From positions 1,072-65,071 of the forward strand of contig JALWNK010000005.1 of the NCBI GenBank assembly GCA_026995935.1: 64,000 bases of DNA, written 5' to 3'. This document shows positions 1 through 9,557 of this stretch, piece after piece. The stretch comes from Deltaproteobacteria bacterium (lineage in GTDB: Bacteria; Desulfobacterota; Dissulfuribacteria; Dissulfuribacterales; QOAL01). Both the position numbers and the translations under genes were made by a program. Every line of letters starts with the position of its first letter. Position 1 is the first letter of the stretch. The notes beneath the pieces are model-generated. The model was given only the letters and a program-made list of their open reading frames with translations. It did not search any database and was not told the origin of the DNA.

Positions 1-491
1 TGTTTCTTTCTCTGTCTGTAAAAATAAAAATAGACTGCTGCAAAATAAGATAAGACTCCAAAGGGCAATGCCAATACCACGCCGCCTGCAACAAGACAGC
101 AGGCCACCTGCATGAACTTTGCACAAAGCATCTGTGCCGCCTCTAAAAAACCTGCCTGGTGTATCTCGTGAAGCATAGATTGGACCTGCTGCCAGGTCAC
201 AGGCCTTCCTGTTATCAGAACCCCTAGCTTCCAGGAGGCGTAATATTCAATAGGTATGGTAACGGGATTACTTACGATCCAGTTTGCAACTATTGCCGCA
301 ATGATATTTGCCCGGAAAATGGCGCAAAAGAACAGGGTCAGCACTGTATGAAAGGGAATCGTTGGAGTAAGGCCAACAAAGGTGCCAACGGCCATGCCCC
401 TTGCAATAAAAAATGGATTGCCCCTCAGCCGTATGAGCCGTAGCCAGTAATATCTGATCTGCCGCCGAGGCGACATCGCCTTTTTAAACAT
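1..491 (-). CDS. DUF2062-like membrane protein (partial; runs off the window start)
   Basis: Absent from the ORF track because it has no stop in the window. Reverse translation from the ATG at 491-489 gives MFKKAMSPRRQIRYYWLRLIRLRGNPFFIARGMAVGTFVGLTPTIPFHTVLTLFF... The frame stays open to position 1, and the motif pattern resembles DUF2062. Confidence 0.55.
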   Translation of the reverse strand, partial: MFKKAMSPRRQIRYYWLRLIRLRGNPFFIARGMAVGTFVGLTPTIPFHTVLTLFFCAIFRANIIAAIVANWIVSNPVTIPIEYYASWKLGVLITGRPVTWQQVQSMLHEIHQAGFLEAAQMLCAKFMQVACCLVAGGVVLALPFGVLSYFAAVYFYFYRQRKK

Positions 492-645
492 GGTGCCACT
501 TTTACCACAACCTAGGGCGGCAGGCTATTACACATATGCTTTCTCCCAAATATGCCAGCTCCTCGGGACAGACAGTTTTCCTATGGGCCTTTTCCTCTTG
601 ACAGTCCAGACAAGTGAGATTATTTAATTGTCCGACAATTGATCA

Positions 646-721
646 GGGCCGTTAGCTCAATTGGTAGAGCAACTGACTCTTAATCAGTAGGTTCGGGGTT
701 CGAGACCCTGACGGCCCACCA
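646..721 (+). tRNA. tRNA-Lys (anticodon CTT), CCA encoded
   Basis: Folds as a 76-nt cloverleaf. Acceptor stem is GGGCCGT/ACGGCCC, anticodon stem ACTGA/TCAGT with loop CTCTTAA, T arm CGGGG-TTCGAGA-CCCTG, and a terminal ACCA. Confidence 0.9.
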
Positions 722-730
722 GAGAATTCA

Positions 731-765
731 AAGCACCTACGGACATTTCGCAGGTGCTTTTTTTG
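731..765 (+). terminator. Rho-independent terminator after tRNA-Lys
   Basis: An 8-bp stem AAGCACCT/AGGTGCTT is followed by a T7 run. Confidence 0.7.
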
Positions 766-1122
766 TGCCTCCCACAAGCCGTTCTTGTTCCGGCAGGCAT
801 AAATGTGAGAGGAAAGAGAGGCTGGATAGGGGCGGACAGCTGGTTGGCAGCCATTATGCATAGAATTAACCTGCCTTCTATTCTTCCTTTTGTGCTTTAG
901 CCTTGGCTGCCTTCTTTTTCTTATTTTTCTCAAAATATCAGTATATCAGTGGGTTCCTTGTCGATTTCAAATGTAGGCAGGCTGTTCGCTTCCGCTAATA
1001 ACTGTTTCTGGACAGGCGTCAACAATTTTTGACTTGTTTTTTCAAGACAATTCAGGGGGACAATTTTTGCCATTAGCTTGCCTTTTCACTCTATAATTAT
1101 GGATTCACCTTTGTAATAAACT

Positions 1123-1941
1123 TCATCTAACAACGTCCCGACTGCCGAAATATTTCTCAATAAGCGCACCTATTGCCGTCAGTCCCGGTATGACCGTCTC
1201 CTCATCATGGGCCTCAAAGGTAAGAACCGGCCTCATGTTGTGCTGGGATAGCCATGAAAAGAGAAGATCAAAGTCGACGATTCCGCTTCCTGGGGCAAGG
1301 TGTTCGTCAGAACCACCGTGGTTATCGTGGAGATGCAGGTGCCTTATCCGGAGACCAAGGTCCTCTAGCCATGTCTTTAATGGCGTCTTTGAAAAGGCGT
1401 AGACATGGCCTGCATCCAGGCAAAACCCCAGGGACCTGGCAGGAATGGCCTCGAAAATCTTCTTATGGATGTATGTGTCTGGTTCGAATACGTTTTCAAG
1501 GACTATGCTCACACCTGACCTGTCCGCATGTTCGCAGAGCCTTTCCATGGTTTCAAGGGCAAAACCAAGCCATATATCCTTGGCATCAGCGTAAATCTTT
1601 TCTTCCCAGCCTGTATGAAAAACCATGGACTTTGCGCCAAAGAGCACGCCAAGGTCAACAGCATATTTCAGCCTCATAAGCGACGCCTCCCTTATGAGGC
1701 AGTCAATGGCCCCGCAGGCAATATCAGTAAATGGAGCATGAACAGTGCACTCAAGACCATTTTCCTTAAGGGCTGTTGCAACATCAAAGAAATCCCTGAA
1801 TGTAAAGGAATCAAGGATAGGGGCGTTAAGGCCAATCTCCGTATTGATTCCCTGGCTGATCACTAGTGGAAGGTACTTGTTCTTAAGAAGATCAAAGGGA
1901 CAGCTTACGAATACCTCTTTCTTTATATGATCAAGATCCAT
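1123..1941 (-). CDS. Sugar phosphate isomerase/epimerase (xylose-isomerase-like TIM barrel) family protein
   Basis: 272-aa ORF with metal-ligand-like motifs (VFHTGW, LENV, GFCLDAGH, HLHLHDN) typical of the AP-endonuclease-2/TIM-barrel family. Confidence 0.65.
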   Translation of the reverse strand: MDLDHIKKEVFVSCPFDLLKNKYLPLVISQGINTEIGLNAPILDSFTFRDFFDVATALKENGLECTVHAPFTDIACGAIDCLIREASLMRLKYAVDLGVLFGAKSMVFHTGWEEKIYADAKDIWLGFALETMERLCEHADRSGVSIVLENVFEPDTYIHKKIFEAIPARSLGFCLDAGHVYAFSKTPLKTWLEDLGLRIRHLHLHDNHGGSDEHLAPGSGIVDFDLLFSWLSQHNMRPVLTFEAHDEETVIPGLTAIGALIEKYFGSRDVVR

Positions 1942-2341
1942 CGGGTCTTCCTCTCACCAGCTCTTTTGCCTGCTCCCAGGTCATGTCTTCAGAAAATCCT
2001 GGACAGTCCGACTTTATGGCTAGCCAGGCGTTTTCATCTTCAAGGATGCTTGGATGAAGGGGCCATCTCTTGCAATGAAAGGGCTTTACTGGGTGCACTT
2101 TGCAAAGCCCATCATCTCCGTAAAAGATGCAGTGACCATCCACAATCTTCATGGAGGTTGGCCCCTTTCCATTTACCAGATACTTTTTCTTAAATGCCTC
2201 AAGTCCCATTCCAAGGTACCTGGACATCCTTTCCTGTTCCTCCTCTGTAACAGACACTGTTGCAACCCCATGACAACAGTGGCCACAGCATTTACATTCA
2301 AAAAGCGAGTCTATATCCTTTCCGTGCGTCTTTAACGTCAT
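1931..2341 (-). CDS. YkgJ-family cysteine-cluster (CxxCxxCC) protein
   Basis: 136-aa ORF with N-terminal CKCCGHCC plus later Cys residues. It overlaps both neighbouring genes (4 nt and 11 nt). Confidence 0.6.
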   Translation of the reverse strand: MTLKTHGKDIDSLFECKCCGHCCHGVATVSVTEEEQERMSRYLGMGLEAFKKKYLVNGKGPTSMKIVDGHCIFYGDDGLCKVHPVKPFHCKRWPLHPSILEDENAWLAIKSDCPGFSEDMTWEQAKELVRGRPDGS

Positions 2342-3060
2342 TGTTTCTTTGACCTCGCATACTTTATTGGGTCAACAAGCCCCGCCTCCCTGAAACCCTT
2401 GAGCCTCAGCAGACATGAATCACACACACCGCAGGCCTCATCCTCGTTCTGATAACAGGACCATGTGAGATGAAGGGGTGCTCCGAGCCTTGCGCCTGTT
2501 TCCACCACCTCTTTTTTGGTCATGCGAATGAGAGGAGCATGAATGTTGATTACGGTTTCGGGTTTTGTCCCCTCCTCTATCAGCTTATTGTAGGCATCAA
2601 AGTAGCTCTGCCTGCAGTCTGGGTAACCTGAGCTGTCGACCTCTGTTGCGCCAATATAAATTCTACCTGCGCCAATGACCTCTGCCCAGGAAACCGCAAT
2701 GGCTATTATGTGGGTGTTCCTGAAGGGCACGTATGTGACAGGGATTCCCGTGTCTGAAAGCTGGTTTTCAGGCACCTCTATGCTGGCATCAGTTAGGGCA
2801 GAGCCTCCTATCTTCTTAAGGTACTCAAGGCTTACCACAAGCCTCTTTTCGACCTTGTAAAAGTCGGCAATTTCGTTAAAGGCCCTAAGCTCCCTGCCTT
2901 CTGTCCTTTGCCCGTAGTTCACGTGCAGGAATGCAGCCCTTTTGCACTGGCTTAATGCCACTGCCGCAGTGACACAGCTATCCACCCCCCCGCTCACAAG
3001 ACATATGGCAAAGGAATCGTCAGTTGACCTCTTTTGTTTCATGTTCATGGAAAAATCCAA
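2338..3060 (-). CDS. queC: 7-cyano-7-deazaguanine synthase
   Basis: Carries the SGGVDS PP-loop and a C-terminal zinc cluster, CxxxxxxxxCGVCDSC, as in QueC. Confidence 0.9.
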   Translation of the reverse strand: MDFSMNMKQKRSTDDSFAICLVSGGVDSCVTAAVALSQCKRAAFLHVNYGQRTEGRELRAFNEIADFYKVEKRLVVSLEYLKKIGGSALTDASIEVPENQLSDTGIPVTYVPFRNTHIIAIAVSWAEVIGAGRIYIGATEVDSSGYPDCRQSYFDAYNKLIEEGTKPETVINIHAPLIRMTKKEVVETGARLGAPLHLTWSCYQNEDEACGVCDSCLLRLKGFREAGLVDPIKYARSKKQ

Positions 3061-3096
3061 GCCCTTTCAACTTCTTTGAAAAATTTGCTTCACTTC

Positions 3097-3981
3097 TTAT
3101 ATAAGGTCTGAAAGGGCCTTTGCAACAACAGGGGCTATGAATATCCTGTTGCTGCTGTGGGGAACCGTATCTGTACTTATTATACGTTTTATGCCGCTTT
3201 TTCTTAAAAGCGAACTTGCACCTCGCACAAAAAGGGCATGGGTAACTATGCAGTGTATGTCTCTTTCTCCCCTTTCAACAAGCCCCTTGGCAGCAGAAGA
3301 AAGGGTATGACCCGTACTCACTATATCATCAACCAGGATGATTTGTCTGTTTTTAAGGGCAAGCCTTGGAATCTCAACCCTTACACTGGCATCACCATAT
3401 CTCACCTTTTTGCAAACCCCGTATGCAAACCCGCCAACTTGCGCCATGGACTTCACCCACTGTAGGGACTCCTCATCCGGTCCAAGGATGAAGGGGGGCT
3501 CGGAATAGTTCTCTTTTATGTAACTTGCTGTAAGCTCTGCGGTCTTAAGGTTCACGCCCTTGCACCCTGGAAGGACCTCGTTAATATTCCTTACCCTGTG
3601 AAGATGGGCATCCACAGTGACAACACCGTCAAAAAGGTCTGAAAGTAAACGGCCTATGACCCTCTGGCTTACCACCTGGCCCTTTTTAAAGGCCTTGTCC
3701 TGCCTCATATAGGCAAGATACGGGGCCACAAGAACAAGGCGCCTTGCACCAGATTCCCTGCACCCCTTGGCAGCTAGGAGAAGCTCTACGAGTTTTTCAT
3801 TTGGCTGGTTAAGGCTTCTGTAAATACATACGTTTTTAGCATCAAGCCGAGGAAGTGTAACGAGACTCTCCCCATCTGGGAAATGGTGGACCTCTATCCT
3901 GGCAGAGTCAAGGCCTGCATATTGTGCCAGCCTCAGGGCGGGCCCTTCACAGTCTGGGAAATATATAAGCCTGCAGTTCAT
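3097..3981 (-). CDS. Ribose-phosphate pyrophosphokinase-like protein
   Basis: 294 aa with FPDGE, VTVDAHLH and the PRPP-binding loop ILVDDIVSTGHTL. Confidence 0.7.
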   Translation of the reverse strand: MNCRLIYFPDCEGPALRLAQYAGLDSARIEVHHFPDGESLVTLPRLDAKNVCIYRSLNQPNEKLVELLLAAKGCRESGARRLVLVAPYLAYMRQDKAFKKGQVVSQRVIGRLLSDLFDGVVTVDAHLHRVRNINEVLPGCKGVNLKTAELTASYIKENYSEPPFILGPDEESLQWVKSMAQVGGFAYGVCKKVRYGDASVRVEIPRLALKNRQIILVDDIVSTGHTLSSAAKGLVERGERDIHCIVTHALFVRGASSLLRKSGIKRIISTDTVPHSSNRIFIAPVVAKALSDLI

Positions 3982-4033
3982 ATCCTTTTCTTTGTGTGTC
4001 TAATGTTAATGAAACACCTGTATCTTTTCTCCA

Positions 4034-5560
4034 CTACCCTGGGCTTGATTCTATGAGATAACCGGCAGAGTGTTTCTTGATAAAGTCCTTGGCAAAATTA
4101 AAATCTGCCTCAAATTGCGAGTAGAGCCTGTAAAGGGCCTCCCCCTCCTCCACCCTGTCACCGACCTTCTTATAAAGATATATGCCGGCACCCTTGTCAA
4201 GGGGCGCTCCAGCAAGCCTTGCAATCCGGTTCAGGGCATAATTGTCAATTGCCGCCACCACCCCATCCTTATGGGACCTGACCTCATGTACCATGGACCC
4301 CAGTGCTGGCATCTCCTTTTTTCTGCCCTGGGCATCGATGATTGCCTCCATCTTGGCAAGGGCCCTGCCGGAATCCAGTATCTGCCTTGCAATGTCTCTC
4401 CCCTGCCCTCCCCTTACGTCAGGATCAAACTCGATTATCCGCCCTGCAAGATCAAGGGCTTTGTTCTTAAGGTCTTGAGGGGCCTCTTTCTCGTTTCTGA
4501 GAACGTCCATTACATCTCTTGCCTCAAGAACTGGGCCTATACCCCTGCCAATGGGCTGGGTGCCGTCTGTTATCATGGCCTCAAGATGTATGCCCATCCT
4601 GTCGCCAACGTATTCGAAAATCTTTCTGAGCTGATGGGCGTAGTCCCTTTTCCTGACCTTGGCGGTTGGGCCAAGGGGTATGTCAAGGAGGAGATGTGTG
4701 GAGCCTGCTGCGAACTTCTTGGACAGTATGGAAGCCACCATCTGCCCGGGTGCGTCAATACCAAGGGGCCTTTCCACGGTAATCAGAATATCGTCTACAG
4801 GAGCAAGCTTTGAGGTGCCTCCCCAGGCCAGGCAGCCCTTTTCCTCCTTTACTATCTGCCTGAGCCTTTCAGGGGAAAGATTCACCTCTGCCAGCACCTC
4901 CATGGTATCAGCAGTGCCTGCAGGGGAGGTAATTGCCCTGCTGGATGTCTTTGGTATTGGAATGCCGTAGGCTGCCACAATGGGGACCACTATCATGGAG
5001 GTGCGGTTTCCTGGTATCCCGCCTATACAGTGTTTGTCTGCCACCAGGGGCTCATTCCAGTCAAGCCTCTGTCCGGTCGCGGCCATGGCCCGGGTGTAGG
5101 AAAGGACTTCGCTGCGCTCAAGACCAGTCTCCACGCATGCTACCAGAAAGGCTGCCATCTCCATCTTGGAATACCTGTTTTCCACTATATCCCTGGTGAT
5201 TCCATAAAAGTCCTCCAGCTCTAGGACATCCCCAGATATTTTTCTTCTGACTGCATCAATGGAGGCAGGAGGCTCAGGATGGTCCACCAACACCCTTGTC
5301 CCCTCTGGAAGGCCAAGCTGCTGAAAGGCCTGCTCTGAAACACCAAGCTCTCCAGGTGAGACGATGGAATTGTTCAATACCACGTTTAATACCGCAAGGA
5401 TTGTCCTGCTGTCTGCCGTTACCTTCACCTTTGACATGGCCTGAAAGCCTGCTGCCCTGTAAACACAGCAGTTACTGTTCATAAAGGCCACGTTTTCCTT
5501 ATATGTATCAATCCCTATTCTCTTTAGCCTGAGTCTCTTGTTCATAACGGACTTTGGCAT
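4034..5560 (-). CDS. Thymidine phosphorylase family protein (AMP-phosphorylase-like long form)
   Basis: About 508 aa with an N-terminal extra domain and the glycosyltransferase-family-3 core ([29 protein letters not shown]). I set the start at ATG 5560 because AAGGAGG lies 5 nt upstream. The track start at 5581 has no SD. Confidence 0.75.
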   Translation of the reverse strand: MPKSVMNKRLRLKRIGIDTYKENVAFMNSNCCVYRAAGFQAMSKVKVTADSRTILAVLNVVLNNSIVSPGELGVSEQAFQQLGLPEGTRVLVDHPEPPASIDAVRRKISGDVLELEDFYGITRDIVENRYSKMEMAAFLVACVETGLERSEVLSYTRAMAATGQRLDWNEPLVADKHCIGGIPGNRTSMIVVPIVAAYGIPIPKTSSRAITSPAGTADTMEVLAEVNLSPERLRQIVKEEKGCLAWGGTSKLAPVDDILITVERPLGIDAPGQMVASILSKKFAAGSTHLLLDIPLGPTAKVRKRDYAHQLRKIFEYVGDRMGIHLEAMITDGTQPIGRGIGPVLEARDVMDVLRNEKEAPQDLKNKALDLAGRIIEFDPDVRGGQGRDIARQILDSGRALAKMEAIIDAQGRKKEMPALGSMVHEVRSHKDGVVAAIDNYALNRIARLAGAPLDKGAGIYLYKKVGDRVEEGEALYRLYSQFEADFNFAKDFIKKHSAGYLIESSPG

Positions 5561-5596
5561 CTTATCCTCCTTGAAATACATTTCAGAAAGGTGTTC

Positions 5597-6391
5597 TCAA
5601 AGCCTGAAGGTCGCCACCACAAAGGTGTGATCAGAGGGCTTTTCCATGAGCCTTGGTTTCAGGTCTATGAATGAATCCTCAAGCCTTGAAGCCATGGACT
5701 GTGAAGAAAGGATGTGGTCTATTCTCCAGCCAAGCTTCCTTTCTACAGAGCGGGGAATGCGGTAATCAAAAAAGGAGTACTGCTCAGGCTCCCCTGGGTG
5801 AATGAGCCTGAAACAGTCGGTAAGGCCTGCCTTGATAAGCTCCTTGAAGGCGTCTCTGACAGACTTGTGGAAACATACGTGGTTTCCCTTAAGTTCTGGG
5901 GCGTAGACGTCAATGGGCTCTGGCGCAACATTCATATCCCCACACCAGATGAGCCTTTCCAGGCCCTTAAACTCTCCTTTTATTAAGGCCAACATCCTGG
6001 CAAACCACCGGAGCTTTGCTTGAAAGGCAGGGCTATCAAGGGATTTCCCCTGGGGCACGTAGGAATTTATGACAGTGATGTCTTTTATCCGTACACACAC
6101 CTGCCTGGCCATCTCCTCATCAAGGGTGCTGTCTGGAAATCCATAAAAAACCGGATCCATTGGATGCGGGCTTACCACAGCCACACCGTTGTATGCCTTC
6201 TGCCCCCTGAATATCACATTCAGTCCGTGGTCATTGAAGGCCTCCAAAGGAAAATCCTTGTCCTGTACCTTGGTTTCCTGGATGCATAGGCAATCCACTT
6301 TATGTTTCTGAAGCCAGGGGAGTATTATGTGCAGCCTGGCCCTTATACCGTTTGTATTGAAAGTCGCCAATGTAAATGAATCATTCCTCAT
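5597..6391 (-). CDS. xth: Exodeoxyribonuclease III
   Basis: Has TFNTNGIR, CIQETK and a C-terminal SDHTFV motif. ATG 6391 is preceded by AAGGGG. The track start at 6415 is a TTG. Confidence 0.85.
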   Translation of the reverse strand: MRNDSFTLATFNTNGIRARLHIILPWLQKHKVDCLCIQETKVQDKDFPLEAFNDHGLNVIFRGQKAYNGVAVVSPHPMDPVFYGFPDSTLDEEMARQVCVRIKDITVINSYVPQGKSLDSPAFQAKLRWFARMLALIKGEFKGLERLIWCGDMNVAPEPIDVYAPELKGNHVCFHKSVRDAFKELIKAGLTDCFRLIHPGEPEQYSFFDYRIPRSVERKLGWRIDHILSSQSMASRLEDSFIDLKPRLMEKPSDHTFVVATFRL

Positions 6392-6514
6392 TATTTTCCC
6401 CTTTTTCTTCAACAAGTTACTTGTTTTATCTATTTTGTGCCAATAATTGTCATATTGACATCTGTGATTACGCTGTTATTTTTTAGCCCAATTTTTCAAA
6501 AAAAGGAGGAGACT

Positions 6515-6766
6515 ATGAGTAAAAACCTGCAGGAATATTGGAGGAAGAATGTGACGTTCATGTCCTTTCTTCTGTGCATTTGGGCCCTTGTTTCCTACGG
6601 GTGTGGCATCATTTTCGTAGAACCCCTGAATGCAATCAGAATTGGCGGATTCCCATTGGGGTTCTGGTTTGCCCAACAGGGCTCCATCTACGTCTTTGTA
6701 TGCCTCATTTTTGTTTACTACGCCTACATGCAGAAACTGGATAGGGAATACGACGTTCACGAGTAG
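6515..6766 (+). CDS. DUF4212 small membrane subunit of a sodium:solute symporter
   Basis: About 83 aa with two TM segments, and AAGGAGGA lies upstream of ATG 6515. It sits directly upstream of the SSS permease, which is the known pairing. Confidence 0.75.
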   Translation: MSKNLQEYWRKNVTFMSFLLCIWALVSYGCGIIFVEPLNAIRIGGFPLGFWFAQQGSIYVFVCLIFVYYAYMQKLDREYDVHE

Positions 6767-6855
6767 GCTGCCCGTTTTGTGGTTTTGATTCGCCACGTAA
6801 AGTAATTTGATTGACAACTAAAAAATCTATTTAATCTTCAGGAGAGGAGAAAGCT

Positions 6856-8631
6856 ATGTCTATTCTGGCTTGGACTTACATAATGGTAGGGCTGACATTC
6901 GGCATCTACATATTCATTGCCTGGATTTCCAGGGTGCGTGACACAAAGGGTTTTTATGTTGCAGGCGGCGGTGTCCCGCCCCTGGCAAACGGAATGGCCA
7001 CTGCAGCCGACTGGATGAGTGCTGCATCCTTTATTTCCATGGCAGGCCTCATATCCTTCCTTGGATATGCTGGCTCCATTTATCTAATGGGCTGGACAGG
7101 AGGCTACGTGTTACTTGCCCTGCTCCTTGCCCCTTATCTGAGAAAATTTGGCAAGTACACAGTTCCAGACTTCGTTGGGGACAGGTACTATTCAGACGCA
7201 GCAAGGTTCGTTGCCCTTCTCTGCGCCATCTTTGTCTCTCTTACCTACGTCTGTGGCCAGATGCGCGGTGTTGGAATCGTTTTCAGCCGCTTCCTGGAAG
7301 TTCCTGTTAACACGGGCGTTCTCATTGGTATGGCCATCGTCTTCTTCTATGCAGGTCTTGGTGGAATGAAGGGGATCACCTGGACCCAGGTTGCACAGTA
7401 TACGGTTTTGATTACTGCCTACCTCATTCCAGCAGTTTTTATTTCCATGAAGATTGCAGGTACAGGTATCCCTCAGATTGGCCTTGGAAGCACAGTACAT
7501 ACTGGACAGTATGCTGGTCAGTACCTGCTTGACGTTCTGGACAAACTCAACACTGACCTTGGCTTTACGGCATATACGCAACCCGGGGCAAAATCCATGC
7601 TTGACGTCTTTTGCATCACCTTTGCCCTCATGGTGGGTACGGCAGGCCTGCCCCACGTCATTATCAGGTTCTACACCGTGCCCAGCGTCCGCGCTGCACG
7701 TTTGAGTGCTGGCTACGCCCTGCTTTTTATTGCAATCCTCTATACCACGGCCCCGGCAGTAGCTGCCTTTGCACGCTACAACATGATCGACACCATAAAC
7801 GATAAGCCCTATGCAGAGGCCCCATCCTGGTTTAAGAACTGGGAAAAGACTGGTCTCATTGCCTGGGTAGACAAAAACAACGACGGAATAATCCAGTATC
7901 GGGCAGGTAAGCCCTTTATTGGCAAGCCAAAATTTGTAAAGGGCAAGACCGGTCCCCTGGGCCAGAAGATCGTTGCCAACAAGCTTACCAACTCTCCCAA
8001 CGAGCTCTATGTGGACAGGGATATCATGGTCCTTGCAAACCCGGAAATTGCAAACCTGCCAAACTGGGTCATCGCACTTGTTGCTGCAGGAGGCCTTGCA
8101 GCAGCCCTTTCAACCGCATCTGGCCTGCTACTGGTTATCGCATCTTCCATTTCCCATGATCTCTACTACAGGATGATCAACAGAAAGGCCACGGAAAAAC
8201 AGAGGCTTCTGGTGGGACGTATAATGATTGGTATTGCCGTTTGTATCGCAGGTTACTTTGGAATCAACCCGCCAGGGTTTGTTGCACAGGTGGTTGCCTT
8301 TGCCTTTGGGCTTGCAGCCTCCTCCTTCTTTCCAATCATAGTTCTTGGAATTTTCTCTGCCAGGACCAACAGGGAGGGGGCCATCTGCGGTATGCTGGCA
8401 GGCATCATTTTCACTGCCGCATACATCATCTACTTCAAGTTCATGGGCGGGACCAAGGACCAGTGGCTCTTTGGCATCAGCCCTGAAGGCATCGGAACTA
8501 TAGGTATGGTCATAAACTTCGTGGTCACCTACGTGGTATCTTCCATGACCAAGGCTCCACCACAGGAGATCCAGGAACTGGTCAACTCCATCCGTACACC
8601 AAGGGGAGCAGGAGCAGCTGTAGATCACTAA
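6856..8631 (+). CDS. Sodium:solute symporter family permease (large subunit)
   Basis: 591-aa polytopic membrane protein with SSS-family motifs (GGVPPLANGMATAADWMSAASF, GLPHVIIRFYT). Confidence 0.85.
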   Translation: MSILAWTYIMVGLTFGIYIFIAWISRVRDTKGFYVAGGGVPPLANGMATAADWMSAASFISMAGLISFLGYAGSIYLMGWTGGYVLLALLLAPYLRKFGKYTVPDFVGDRYYSDAARFVALLCAIFVSLTYVCGQMRGVGIVFSRFLEVPVNTGVLIGMAIVFFYAGLGGMKGITWTQVAQYTVLITAYLIPAVFISMKIAGTGIPQIGLGSTVHTGQYAGQYLLDVLDKLNTDLGFTAYTQPGAKSMLDVFCITFALMVGTAGLPHVIIRFYTVPSVRAARLSAGYALLFIAILYTTAPAVAAFARYNMIDTINDKPYAEAPSWFKNWEKTGLIAWVDKNNDGIIQYRAGKPFIGKPKFVKGKTGPLGQKIVANKLTNSPNELYVDRDIMVLANPEIANLPNWVIALVAAGGLAAALSTASGLLLVIASSISHDLYYRMINRKATEKQRLLVGRIMIGIAVCIAGYFGINPPGFVAQVVAFAFGLAASSFFPIIVLGIFSARTNREGAICGMLAGIIFTAAYIIYFKFMGGTKDQWLFGISPEGIGTIGMVINFVVTYVVSSMTKAPPQEIQELVNSIRTPRGAGAAVDH

Positions 8632-8660
8632 ACTTAAATACACTTAGGTAACCAAACAAA

Positions 8661-8693
8661 AAGGCATCCTTGCGTGAAAGGATGCCTTTTTTT
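8661..8693 (+). terminator. Rho-independent terminator after the symporter operon
   Basis: An 11-bp perfect stem AAGGCATCCTT/AAGGATGCCTT with a 6-nt loop is followed by a T7 run. Confidence 0.8.
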
Positions 8694-8742
8694 GTGGCGT
8701 ATTTGCTGTAAAATAACAAAAACTTCTGGAGGCATGCAGGTG

Positions 8743-9303
8743 ATGAATAATATAGAGTTAATAACCCCAAGACGATGCTGTCTCGTGGTCATTGACCCAC
8801 AGGAAAGGCTCATGAAGGCGGTTCAAAAGCCGGAAAGGGTCATAAAAAATATAAATATCCTTTTAAGGGCCTTTGAAGTCTTTGATTTGCCCATAGTTGC
8901 AACGACCCAGTATGAAAAGGGCCTTGGGCCAATAGTGCCGGAAGTGGAGCTTCCTGAAAAAGGGCTGTCAAAAATTGACAAGACAGAATTTAACTGTTTT
9001 TTCAATAGGGATTTCTTAAAGGTTATGAATGGGCTTTCCCCGGCAGTGGACACCCTAATTCTCGCGGGCGTCGAGGCCCACATATGCGTATTCCAGACAG
9101 CAATTTCTGCCATGAACTTTGGCTTCACCACATGGGTTGCCACTGATGCCGTCTCCTCCCGATCAAAGAAAAACGCAAGGCAGGCCATCACCCTCATGCA
9201 GACCAATTCCATATTCTGCTGCCCAACGGAGACAGTGGTGTACCAGCTTCTTAAAAAGGCTGGCACGCAACAGTTTAAGGCGCTGCTTCCCCACCTAAAG
9301 TGA
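8743..9303 (+). CDS. Isochorismatase-family cysteine hydrolase
   Basis: Shows a D/K/C triad context (VVIDPQ, IDKTEF, GVEAHICV). ATG 8743 lies 10 nt after GGAGG. The track start at 8674 falls inside the upstream terminator. Confidence 0.75.
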   Translation: MNNIELITPRRCCLVVIDPQERLMKAVQKPERVIKNINILLRAFEVFDLPIVATTQYEKGLGPIVPEVELPEKGLSKIDKTEFNCFFNRDFLKVMNGLSPAVDTLILAGVEAHICVFQTAISAMNFGFTTWVATDAVSSRSKKNARQAITLMQTNSIFCCPTETVVYQLLKKAGTQQFKALLPHLK

Positions 9304-9557
9304 CAGGCAAACATCTCCTCGATACCATTATGACCACCTATCTGCCATGGACTCTCACTGCCATAAGCATCTTCGCTGCAGTGCTCAACATCAAGAAAAA
9401 AAGGGCAAGTTTTGCCATCTACACCCTTGCCAACATAGGATGGATAGCTGTCAACATCTATCATGAAATATATGCCCAGGCAGTACTCTTTGTTGTTTTT
9501 ACAGGGCTTTCCACCTGGGGCTGGATAGAATGGGGCAAGAGAAAATGGAAGAGCTGA
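9300..9557 (+). CDS. Small 3-TM membrane protein resembling a single PnuC repeat
   Basis: 75-85 aa (GTG 9300 or ATG 9330) with three predicted TM segments. The pattern LNIKKK...LANIGW...IYAQAVLFVVF...WGWIEW resembles one 3-TM repeat of PnuC. It overlaps both neighbours. Confidence 0.5.
   Translation: MTGKHLLDTIMTTYLPWTLTAISIFAAVLNIKKKRASFAIYTLANIGWIAVNIYHEIYAQAVLFVVFTGLSTWGWIEWGKRKWKS

Noticed and set aside
652-933. 93-aa minus-strand ORF with a very basic N-terminus (MRKIRKRRQPRLKHKRKNRRQ...)
   Set aside because: Its 3' third is antisense to tRNA-Lys and its terminator. It has no SD, and the N-terminus derives from a low-complexity A/G-rich stretch. It is most likely spurious.
935-950. Tandem octamer ATATCAGT repeated twice
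   Set aside because: There are only two copies, in a non-coding tail with no associated structure or gene. This is too little to interpret.
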